Source: Rebecca billardiae RCC1528
Taxonomy: Eukaryota > Protista > Haptophyta
Assembly (NCBI GenBank): GCA_965240325.2
Contig: OZ251228.1
Location: 992,001-1,056,000 of the forward strand
Reading direction: 5' to 3'
DNA length: 64,000 nucleotides
The notes beneath the pieces were generated by a model. It was not told the DNA's origin, did not search any database, and was given only the letters and a program-made list of their open reading frames with translations. Below are positions 20,686 to 32,600 of this stretch, piece by piece; position 1 is the stretch's first letter; each line of letters opens with the position of its first letter. The position numbers were made by a program, and so were the translations under genes.

Positions 20686-23600
20686 CACGGGCGCACGGGC
20701 GCGCCGGGTGGGCGGCGCGCCACCAGCCTCAGCTCGGATATGGGCATCGAGGCGCGCCAAGCGCTCGAGTGGCGGCACTTGACGGTGCTGGCAGCAGCCG
20801 TACTCGAGCGCGCTCGAGCCGTGCCCGTGCGAGCCGACGGTATCCGCACCGCCACGTCTCGCGCACTTCGAAGCCCACCGCGCCCATCCCACCAGCGCAC
20901 GGGCGCACGGGCGCACGGGCGCACGGGCGCACCGGCGCGCCGGGTGGGCGGCGCGCCACCAGCCTCAGCTCGGATATGGGGATCGAGGCGCGCCAAGCGC
21001 TCGAGTGGCGGCATTGTGACGATGCTGGCGGCAGCCGTACTCGAGCGCGCTCGAGCCGTGCCCGTGCGAGCCGACGGTATCCGCACCGCCACGTCTCGCG
21101 CACTTCGAAGCCCACCGCGCCCATCCCACCAGCGCACGGGCGCACGGGCGCACGGGCGCACCGGCGCGCCGGGTGGGCGGCGCGCCACCAGCCTCAGCTC
21201 GGATATGGGGATCGAGGCGCGCCAAGCGCTCGTGTGGCGGCACTTGACGGTGCTGGCAGCAGCCGTACTCGAGCGCGCTCGAGCCGTGCCCGTGCGAGCC
21301 GACGGTATCCGCACCGCCACGTCTCGCGCACTTCGAAGCCCACCGCGCCCATCCCACCAGCGCACGGGCGCACGGGCGCACGGGCGCACGGGCGCACCGG
21401 CGCGCCGGGTGGGCGGCGCGCCACCAGCCTCAGCTCGGATATGGGGATCGAGGCGCGCCAAGCGCTCGAGTGGCGGCATTGTGACGGTGCTGGCGGCAGC
21501 CGTACTCGAGCGCGCTCGAGCCGTGCCCGTGCGAGCCGACGGTATCCGCACCGCCACGTCTCGCGCACTTCGAAGCCCACCGCGCCCATCCCACCAGCGC
21601 ACGGGCGCACGGGCGCACGGGCGCACGGGCGCACCGGCGCGCCGGGTGGGCGGCGCGCCACCAGCCCCAGCTCGGATATGGGCATCGAGGCGCGCCAAGC
21701 GCTCGAGTGGCGGAACGTGACGGTGCTGGCAGCAGCCGTACTCGAGCGCGCTCGAGCCGTGCCCGTGCGAGCCGACGGTATCCGCACCGCCACGTCTCGC
21801 GCACTTCGAAGCCCACCGCGCCCATCCCACCAGCGCACGGGCGCACGGGCGCACGGGCGCACGGGCGCGCCGGGTGGGCGGCGCACAGCCTCAGCTCGGA
21901 TATGGGCATCGAGGCGCGCCAAGCGCTCGAGTGGCGGAACTTGACGGTGCTGGCAGCAGCCGTACTCGAGCGCGCTCGAGCCGTGCCCGTGCGAGCCGAC
22001 GGTATCCGCACCGCCACGTCTCGCGCACTTCGAAGCCCACCGCGCCCATCCCACCAGCGCACGGGCGCACGGGCGCACGGGCGCACGGGCGCGCCGGGTG
22101 GGCGGCGCACAGCCTCAGCTCGGATATGGGCATCGAGGCGCGCCAAGCGCTCGAGTGGCGGAACTTGACGGTGCTGGCAGCAGCCGTACTCGGGCGCGCT
22201 CGAGCCGTGCCCGTGCGAGCCGACGGTATCCGCACCGCCACGTCTCGCGCACTTCGAAGCCCACCGCGCCCATCCCACCAGCGCACGGGCGCACGGGCGC
22301 ACGGGCGCACGGGCGCACCGGCGCGCCGGGTGGGCGGCGCGCCACCAGCCTCAGCTCGGATATGGGCATCGAGGCGCGCCAAGCGCTCGTGTGGCGGCAC
22401 TTGACGGTGCTGGCAGCAGCCGTACTCGAGCGCGCTCGAGCCGTGCCCGTGCGAGCCGACGGTATCCGCACCGCCACGTCTCGCGCACTTCGAAGCCCAC
22501 CGCGCCCATCCCACCAGCGCACGGGCGCACGGGCGCACGGGCGCACCGGCGCGCCGGGTGGGCGGCGCGCCACCAGCCTCAGCTCGGATATGGGGATCGA
22601 GGCGCGCCAAGCGCTCGAGTGGCGGCATCGTGACGGTGCTGGCGGCAGCCGTACTCGAGCGCGCTCGAGCCGTGCCCGTGCGAGCCGACGGTATCCGCAC
22701 CGCCACGTCTCGCGCACTTCGAAGCCCACCGCGCCCATCCCACCAGCGCACGGGCGCACGGGCGCACGGGCGCACCGGCGCGCCGGGTGGGCGGCGCGCC
22801 ACCAGCCTCAGCTCGGATATGGGGATCGAAACGCGCCAAGCGCTCGTGTGGCGGCACTTGACGGTGCTGGGAGCAGCCGTACTTGAGCGCGCTCGAGCCG
22901 TGCCCGTGCGAGCCGACGGTATCCGCACCGCCACGTCTCGCGCACTTCGAAGCCCACCGCGCCCATCCCACCAGCGCACGGGCGCACGGGCGCACGGGCG
23001 CACGGGCGCACCGGCGCGCCGGGTGGGCGGCGCGCCACCAGCCTCAGCTCGGATATGGGCATCGAGGCGCGCCAAGCGCTCGAGTGGCGGCATCGTGACG
23101 GTGCTGGCGGCAGCCGTGCTCGAGCGCGCTCGAGCCGTGCCCGTGCGAGCCGACGGTATCCGCACCGCCACGTCTCGCGCACTTCGAAGCCCACCGCGCC
23201 CATCCCACCAGCGCACGGGCGCACGGGCGCACGGGCGCACGGGCGCGCCGGGTGGGCGGCGCGCCACCAGCCTCAGCTCGGATATGGGCATCGAGGCGCG
23301 CCAAGCGCTCGTGTGGCGGAACTTGACGGTGCTGGCAGCAGCCGTACTCGAGCGCGCTCGAGCCGTGCCCGTGCGAGCCGACGGTATCCGCACCGCCACG
23401 TCTCGCGCACTTCGAAGCCCACCGCGCCCATCCCACCAGCGCACGGGCGCACGGGCGCACGGGCGCACCGGCGCGCCGGGTGGGCGGCGCGCCACCAGCC
23501 TCAGCTCGGATATGGGCATCGAGGCGCGCCAAGCGCTCGAGTGGCGGACCTTGACGGTGCTTGCAGCAGCCGTACTCGAGCGCGCTCGAGCCGTGCCCGT

Positions 23601-26600
23601 GCGAGCCGACGGTATCCGCACCGCCACGTCTCGCGCACTTCGAAGCCCACCGCGCCCGTCCCACCAGCGCACGGGCGCACGGGCGCACGGGCGCACCGGC
23701 GCGCCGGGTGGGCGGCGCGCCACCAGCCTCAGCTCGGATATGGGCATCGAGGCGCGCCAAGCGCTCGAGTGGCGGCATCGTGACGGTGCTGGCGGCAGCC
23801 GTGCTCGAGCGCGCTCGAGCCGTGCCCGTGCGAGCCGACGGTATCCGCACCGCCACGTCTCGCGCACTTCGAAGCCCACCGCGCCCATCCCACCAGCGCA
23901 CGGGCGCACGGGCGCACGGGCGCACGGGCGCGCCGGGTGGGCGGCGCGCCACCAGCCTCAGCTCGGATATGGGCATCGAGGCGCGCCAAGCGCTCGAGTG
24001 GCGGAACTTGACGGTGCTGGCAGCAGCCGTACTCGAGCGCGCTCGAGCCGTGCCCGTGCGACCCGACGGTATCCGCACCGCCACGTCTCGCGCACTTCGA
24101 AGCCCACCGCGCCCATCCCACCAGCGCACGGGCGCACGGGCGCACGGGCGCACGGGCGCGCCGGGTGGGCGGTGCGCCACCAGCCTCAGCTCGGATATGG
24201 GGATCGAGGCGCGCCAAGCGCTCGAGTGGCGGCATTGTGATGGTGCTGGCAGCAGCCGTACTCGGGCGCGCTCGAGCCGTGCCCGTGCGAGCCGACGGTA
24301 TCCGCACCGCCACGTCTCGCGCACTTCGAAGCCCACCGCGCCCATCCCACCAGCGCACGGGCGCACGGGCGCACGGGCGCACGGGCGCGCCGGGTGGGCG
24401 GCGCGCCACCAGCCTCAGCTCGGATATGGGGATCGAGGCGCGCCAAGCGCTCGAGTGGCGGCATTGTGACGGTGCTGGCGGCAGCCGTACTCGAGCGCGC
24501 TCGAGCCGTGCCCGTGCGAGCCGACGGTATCCGCACCGCCACGTCTCGCGCACTTCGAAGCCCACCGCGCCCATCCCACCAGCGCACGGGCGCACGGGCG
24601 CACGGGCGCACCGGCGCGCCGGGTGGGCGGCGCGCCACCAGCCTCAGCTCGGATATGGGCATCGAGGCGCGCCAAGCGCTCGAGTGGCGGAACTTGACGG
24701 TGCTGGCAGCAGCCGTACTCGAGCGCGCTCGAGCCGTGCCCGTGCGAGCCGACGGTATCCGCACCGCCACGTCTCGCGCACTTCGAAGCCCACCGCGCCC
24801 ATCCCACCAGCGCACGGGCGCACGGGCGCACGGGCGCACGGGCGCGCCGGGTGGGCGGCGCGCCACCAGCCTCAGCTCGGATATGGGCATCGAGGCGCGC
24901 CAAGCGCTCGAGTGGCGGCATTGTGACGGTGCTGGCAGCAGCCGTACTCGAGCGCGCTCGAGCCGTGCCCGTGCGACCCGACGGTATCCGCACCGCCACG
25001 TCTCGCGCACTTTGAAGCCCACCGCGCCCATCCCACCAGCGCACGGGCGCACGGGCGCACGGGCGCACGGGCGCACGGGCGCGCCGGGTGGGCGGTGCGC
25101 CACCGGCCTCAGCTCGGATATGGGCATCGAGGCGCGCCAAGCGCTCGAGTGGCGGCATTGTGACGGTGCTGGCGGCAGCCGTACTCGAGCGCGCTCGAGC
25201 CGTGCCCGTGCGAGCCGACGGTATCCGCACCGCCACGTCTCGCGCACTTCGAAGCCCACCGCGCCCATCCCACCAGCGCACGGGCGCACGGGCGCACGGG
25301 CGCACGGGCGCACGGGCGCGCCGGGTGGGCGGCGCGCCACCAGCCTCAGCTCGGATATGGGCATCGAGGCGCGCCAAGCGCTCGAGTGGCGGAACTTGAC
25401 GGTGCTGGCAGCAGCCGTACTCGAGCGCGCTCGAGCCGTGCCCGTGCGAGCCGACGGTATCCGCACCGCCACGTCTCGCGCACTTCGAAGCCCACCGCGC
25501 CCATCCCACCAGCGCACGGGCGCACGGGCGCACGGGCGCACGGGCGCACCGGCGCGCCGGGTGGGCGGCGCGCCACCAGCCTCAGCTCGGATATGGGCAT
25601 CGAGGCGCGCCAAGCGCTCGAGTGGCGGAACTTGACGGTGCTGGCAGCAGCCGTACTCGAGCGCGCTCGAGCCGTGCCCGTGCGAGCCGACGGTATCCGC
25701 ACCGCCACGTCTCGCGCACTTCGAAGCCCACCGCGCCCATCCCACCAGCGCACGGGCGCACGGGCGCACGGGCGCACCGGCGCGCCGGGTGGGCGGCGCG
25801 CCACCAGCCTCAGCTCGGATATGGGCATCGAGGCGCGCCAAGCGCTCGAGTGGTGGAACTTGACGGTGCTGGCAGCAGCCGTACTCGAGCGCGCTCGAGC
25901 CGTGCCCGTGCGAGCCGACGGTATCCGCACCGCCACGTCTCGCGCACTTCGAAGCCCACCGCGCCCATCCCACCAGCGCACGGGCGCACGGGCGCACGGG
26001 CGCACCGGCGCGCCGGGTGGGCGGCGCGCCACCAGCCTCAGCTCGGATATGGGCATCGAGGCGCGCCAAGCGCTCGAGTGGCAGAACTTGACGGTGCTGG
26101 CAGCAGCCGTACTCGAGCGCGCTCGAGCCGTGCCCGTGCGACCCGACGGTATCCGCACCGCCACGTCTCGCGCACTTCGAAGCCCACCGCGCCCATCCCA
26201 CCAGCGCACGGGCGCACGGGCGCACGGGCGCACGGGCGCGCCGGGTGGGCGGTGCGCCACCAGCCTCAGCTCGGATATGGGGATCGAGGCGCGCCAAGCG
26301 CTCGAGTGGCGGCATTGTGATGGTGCTGGCAGCAGCCGTACTCAAGCGCGCTCGAGCCGTGCCCGTGCGAGCCGACGGTATCCGCACCGCCACGTCTCGC
26401 GCACTTCGAAGCCCACCGCGCCCATCCCACCAGCGCACGGGCGCACGGGCGCACGGGCGCACCGGCGCGCCGGGTGGGCGGCGCGCGACCAGCCTCAGCT
26501 CGGATATGGGGATCGAGGCGCGCCAAGCGCTCGTGTGGCGGCACTTGACGGTGCTGGCAGCAGCCGTACTCGAGCGCGCTCGAGCCGTGCCCGTGCGAGC

Positions 26601-29600
26601 CGACGGTATCCGCACCGCCACGTCTCGCGCACTTCGAAGCCCACCGCGCCCATCCCACCAGCGCACGGGCGCACGGGCGCACGGGCGCACGGGCGCGCCG
26701 GGTGGGCGGCGCGCGACCAGCCTCAGCTCGGATATGGGCATCGAGGCGCGCCAAGCGCTCGAGTGGCGGCACTTGACGGTGCTGGCAGCAGCCGTACTCG
26801 AGCGCGCTCGAGCCGTGCCCGTGCGAGCCGACGGTATCCGCACCGCCACGTCTCGCGCACTTCGAAGCCCACCGCGCCCATCCCACCAGCGCACGGGCGC
26901 ACGGGCGCACGGGCGCACGGGCGCACCGGCGCGCCGGGTGGGCGGCGCGCCACCAGCCTCAGCTCGGATATGGGCATCGAGGCGCGCCAAGCGCTCGAGT
27001 GGCGGCATTGTGACGGTGCTGGCAGCAGCCGTACTCGAGCGCGCTCGAGCCGTGCCCGTGCGAGCCGACGGTATCCGCACCGCCACGTCTCGCGCACTTC
27101 GAAGCCCACCGCGCCCATCCCACCAGCGCACGGGCGCACGGGCGCACGGGCGCACGGGCGCACCGGCGCGCCGGGTGGGCGGCGCGCCACCGGCCTCAGC
27201 TCGGATATGGGCATCGAGGCGCGCCAAGCGCTCGAGTGGCGGCATTGTGACGGTGCTGGCGGCAGCCGTACTCGAGCGCGCTCGAGCCGTGCCCGTGCGA
27301 GCCGACGGTATCCGCACCGCCACGTCTCGCGCACTTCGAAGCCCACCGCGCCCATCCCACCAGCGCACGGGCGCACGGGCGCACGGGCGCACGGGCGCGC
27401 CGGGTGGGCGGCGCGCCACCAGCCTCAGCTCGGATATGGGCATCGAGGCGCGCCAAGCGCTCGAGTGGCGGAACTTGACGGTGCTGGCAGCAGCCGTACT
27501 CGGGCGCGCTCGAGCCGTGCCCGTGCGAGCCGACGGTATCCGCACCGCCACGTCTCGCGCACTTCGAAGCCCACCGCGCCCATCCCACCAGCGCACGGGC
27601 GCACGGGCGCACGGGCGCACGGGCGCGCCGGGTGGGCGGCGCGCCACCAGCCTCAGCTCGGATATGGGCATCGAGGCGCGCCAAGCGCTCGAGTGGCGGA
27701 ACTTGACGGTGCTGGCAGCAGCCGTACTCGAGCGCGCTCGAGCCGTGCCCGTGCGAGCCGACGGTATCCGCACCGCCACGTCTCGCGCACTTCGAAGCCC
27801 ACCGCGCCCATCCCACCAGCGCACGGGCGCACGGGCGCACGGGCGCACGGGCGCACCGGCGCGCCGGGTGGGCGGCGCGCCACCAGCCTCAGCTCGGATA
27901 TGGGGATCGAGGCGCGCCAAGCGCTCGATTGCGGCATTGTGACGGTGCTGACGGCAGCCGTACTCGAGCGCGCTCGAGCCGTGCCCGTGCGCGTCGACGG
28001 TATCCGCACCGCCACGTCTCGCGCACTTCGAAGCCCACCGCGCCCATCCCACCAGCGCACGGGCGCACGGGCGCACGGGCGCACGGGCGCGCCGGGTGGG
28101 CGGCGCGCCACCAGCCTCAGCTCGGATATGGGCATCGAGGCGCGCCAAGCGCTCGAGTGGCGGCACTTGACGGTGCTGGCAGCAGCCGTACTCGAGCGCG
28201 CTCGAGCCGTGCCCGTGCGAGCCGACGGTATCCGCACCGCCACGTCTCGCGCACTTCGAAGCCCACCGCGCCCATCCCACCAGCGCACGGGCGCACGGGC
28301 GCACGGGCGCACGGGCGCACCGGCGCGCCGGGTGGGCGGCGCGCCACCAGCCTCAGCTCGGATATGGGGATCGAGGCGCGCCAAGCGCTCGAGTGGCGGC
28401 ATTGTGACGATGCTGGCGGCAGCCGTACTCGAGCGCGCTCGAGCCGTGCCCGTGCGAGCCGACGGTATCCGCACCGCCACGTCTCGCGCACTTCGAAGCC
28501 CACCGCGCCCATCCCACCAGCGCACGGGCGCACGGGCGCACGGGCGCACCGGCGCGCCGGGTGGGCGGCGCGCCACCAGCCTCAGCTCGGATATGGGGAT
28601 CGAGGCGCGCCAAGCGCTCGTGTGGCGGCACTTGACGGTGCTGGCAGCAGCCGTACTCGAGCGCGCTCGAGCCGTGCCCGTGCGAGCCGACGGTATCCGC
28701 ACCGCCACGTCTCGCGCACTTCGAAGCCCACCGCGCCCATCCCACCAGCGCACGGGCGCACGGGCGCACGGGCGCACGGGCGCACCGGCGCGCCGGGTGG
28801 GCGGCGCGCCACCAGCCTCAGCTCGGATATGGGGATCGAGGCGCGCCAAGCGCTCGAGTGGCGGCATTGTGACGGTGCTGGCGGCAGCCGTACTCGAGCG
28901 CGCTCGAGCCGTGCCCGTGCGAGCCGACGGTATCCGCACCGCCACGTCTCGCGCACTTCGAAGCCCACCGCGCCCATCCCACCAGCGCACGGGCGCACGG
29001 GCGCACGGGCGCACGGGCGCACCGGCGCGCCGGGTGGGCGGCGCGCCACCAGCCCCAGCTCGGATATGGGCATCGAGGCGCGCCAAGCGCTCGAGTGGCG
29101 GAACGTGACGGTGCTGGCAGCAGCCGTACTCGAGCGCGCTCGAGCCGTGCCCGTGCGAGCCGACGGTATCCGCACCGCCACGTCTCGCGCACTTCGAAGC
29201 CCACCGCGCCCATCCCACCAGCGCACGGGCGCACGGGCGCACGGGCGCACGGGCGCGCCGGGTGGGCGGCGCACAGCCTCAGCTCGGATATGGGCATCGA
29301 GGCGCGCCAAGCGCTCGAGTGGCGGAACTTGACGGTGCTGGCAGCAGCCGTACTCGAGCGCGCTCGAGCCGTGCCCGTGCGAGCCGACGGTATCCGCACC
29401 GCCACGTCTCGCGCACTTCGAAGCCCACCGCGCCCATCCCACCAGCGCACGGGCGCACGGGCGCACGGGCGCACGGGCGCGCCGGGTGGGCGGCGCACAG
29501 CCTCAGCTCGGATATGGGCATCGAGGCGCGCCAAGCGCTCGAGTGGCGGAACTTGACGGTGCTGGCAGCAGCCGTACTCGGGCGCGCTCGAGCCGTGCCC

Positions 29601-32600
29601 GTGCGAGCCGACGGTATCCGCACCGCCACGTCTCGCGCACTTCGAAGCCCACCGCGCCCATCCCACCAGCGCACGGGCGCACGGGCGCACGGGCGCACGG
29701 GCGCGCCGGGTGGGCGGCGCACAGCCTCAGCTCGGATATGGGCATCGAGGCGCGCCAAGCGCTCGAGTGGCGGAACTTGACGGTGCTGGCAGCAGCCGTA
29801 CTCGAGCGCGCTCGAGCCGTGCCCGTGCGAGCCGACGGTATCCGCACCGCCACGTCTCGCGCACTTCGAAGCCCACCGCGCCCATCCCACCAGCGCACGG
29901 GCGCACGGGCGCACGGGCGCACCGGCGCGCCGGGTGGGCGGCGCGCCACCAGCCTCAGCTCGGATATGGGCATCGAGGCGCGCCAAGCGCTCGAGTGGCG
30001 GAACGTGACGGTGCTGGCAGCAGCCGTACTCGAGCGCGCTCGAGCCGTGCCCGTGCGAGCCGACGGTATCCGCACCGCCACGTCTCGCGCACTTCGAAGC
30101 CCACCGCGCCCATCCCACCAGCGCACGGGCGCACGGGTGCACGGGCGCACGGGCGCGCCGGGTGGGCGGCGCGCCACCAGCCTCAGCTCGGATATGGGGA
30201 TCGAGGCGCGCCAAGCGCTCGAGTGGCGGAACTTGACGGTGCTGGCAGCCGCCGTACTCGAGCGCGCTCGAGCCGTGCCCGTGCGAGCCGACGGTATCCG
30301 CACCGCCACGTCTCGCGCACTTCGAAGCCCACCGCGCCCATCCCACCAGCGCACGGGCGCACGGGCGCACGGGCGCACCGGCGCGCCGGGTGGGCGGCGC
30401 GCCACCAGCCTCAGCTCGGATATGGGGATCGAGGCGCGCCAAGCGCTCGATTGGCGGCATCGTGACGGTGCTGGCGGCAGCCGTACTCGAGCGCGCTCGA
30501 GCCGTGCCCGTGCGAGCCGACGGTATCCGCACCGCCACGTCTCGCGCACTTCGAAGCCCACCGCGCCCATCCCACCAGCGCACGGGCGCACGGGCGCACG
30601 GGCGCACGGGCGCGCCGGGTGGGCGGCGCGCCACCAGCCTCAGCTCGGATATGGGGATCGAGGCGCGCCAAGCGCTCGTGTGGCGGCACTTGACGGTGCT
30701 GGCAGCAGCCGTACTCGAGCGCGCTCGAGCCGTGCCCGTGCGAGCCGACGGTATCCGCACCGCCACGTCTCGCGCACTTCGAAGCCCACCGCGCCCATCC
30801 CACCAGCGCACGGGCGCACGGGCGCACGGGCGCACGGGCGCACCGGCGCGCCGGGTGGGCGGCGCGCCACCAGCCTCAGCTCGAATATGGGCATCGAGGC
30901 GCGCCAAGCGCTCGTGTGGCGGCACTTGACGGTGCTGGCAGCAGCCGTACTCGAGCGCGCTCGAGCCGTGCCCGTGCGAGCCGACGGTATCCGCACCGCC
31001 ACGTCTCGCGCACTTCGAAGCCCACCGCGCCCATCCCACCAGCGCACGGGCGCACGGGCGCACGGGCGCACCGGTGCTCCGGGTGGGCGGCGCGCAACCA
31101 GCCTCAGCTCGGATATGGGCATCGAGGCGCGCCAAGCGCTCGAGTGGCGGAACTTGACGGTGCTGGCAGCAGCCGTACTCGAGCGCGCTCGAGCCGTGCC
31201 CGTGCGAGCCGACGGTATCCGCACCGCCACGTCTCGCGCACTTCGAAGCCCACCGCGCCCATCCCACCAGCGCACGGGCGCACGGGCGCACGGGCGCACG
31301 GGCGCACCGGCGCGCCGGGTGGGCGGCGCGCCACCAGCCTCAGCTCGAATATGGGCATCGAGGCGCGCCAAGCGCTCGTGTGGCGGCACTTGACGGTGCT
31401 GGCAGCAGCCGTACTCGAGCGCGCTCGAGCCGTGCCCGTGCGAGCCGACGGTATCCGCACCGCCACGTCTCGCGCACTTCGAAGCCCACCGCGCCCATCC
31501 CACCAGCGCACGGGCGCACGGGCGCACGGGCGCACCGGCGCGCCGGGTGGGCGGCGCGCCACCAGCCTCAGCTCGGATATGGGGATCGAAACGCGCCAAG
31601 CGCTCGTGTGGCGGAACTTGACGGTGCTGGGAGCAGCCGTACTTGAGCGCGCTCGAGCCGTGCCCGTGCGAGCCGACGGTATCCGCACCGCCACGTCTCG
31701 CGCACTTCGAAGCCCACCGCGCCCATCCCACCAGCGCACGGGCGCACGGGCGCACGGGCGCACGGGCGCACCGGCGCGCCGGGTGGGCGGCGCGCCACCA
31801 GCCTCAGCTCGGATATGGGCATCGAGGCGCGCCAAGCGCTCGAGTGGCGGCATCGTGACGGTGCTGGCGGCAGCCGTGCTCGAGCGCGCTCGAGCCGTGC
31901 CCGTGCGAGCCGACGGTATCCGCACCGCCACGTCTCGCGCACTTCGAAGCCCACCGCGCCCATCCCACCAGCGCACGGGCGCACGGGCGCACGGGCGCAC
32001 GGGCGCGCCGGGTGGGCGGCGCGCCACCAGCCTCAGCTCGGATATGGGCATCGAGGCGCGCCAAGCGCTCGAGTGGCGGAACTTGACGGTGCTGGCAGCA
32101 GCCGTACTCGAGCGCGCTCGAGCCGTGCCCGTGCGAGCCGACGGTATCCGCACCGCCACGTCTCGCGCACTTCGAAGCCCACCGCGCCCATCCCACCAGC
32201 GCACGGGCGCACGGGCGCACGGGCGCACGGGCGCACCGGCGCGCCGGGTGGGCGGCGCGCCACCAGCCTCAGCTCGGATATGGGCATCGAGGCGCGCCAA
32301 GCGCTCGAGTGGCGGCATCGTGACGGTGCTGGCGGCAGCCGTGCTCGAGCGCGCTCGAGCCGTGCCCGTGCGAGCCGACGGTATCCGCACCGCCACGTCT
32401 CGCGCACTTCGAAGCCCACCGCGCCCATCCCACCAGCGCACGGGCGCACGGGCGCACGGGCGCACGGGCGCGCCGGGTGGGCGGCGCGCCACCAGCCTCA
32501 GCTCGGATATGGGCATCGAGGCGCGCCAAGCGCTCGAGTGGCGGAACTTGACGGTGCTGGCAGCAGCCGTACTCGAGCGCGCTCGAGCCGTGCCCGTGCG

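Noticed and set aside
20896-20935. (GCGCACGG)n as a telomeric repeat
   Set aside because: Only short tracts embedded in every monomer, and unlike TTAGGG-type repeats
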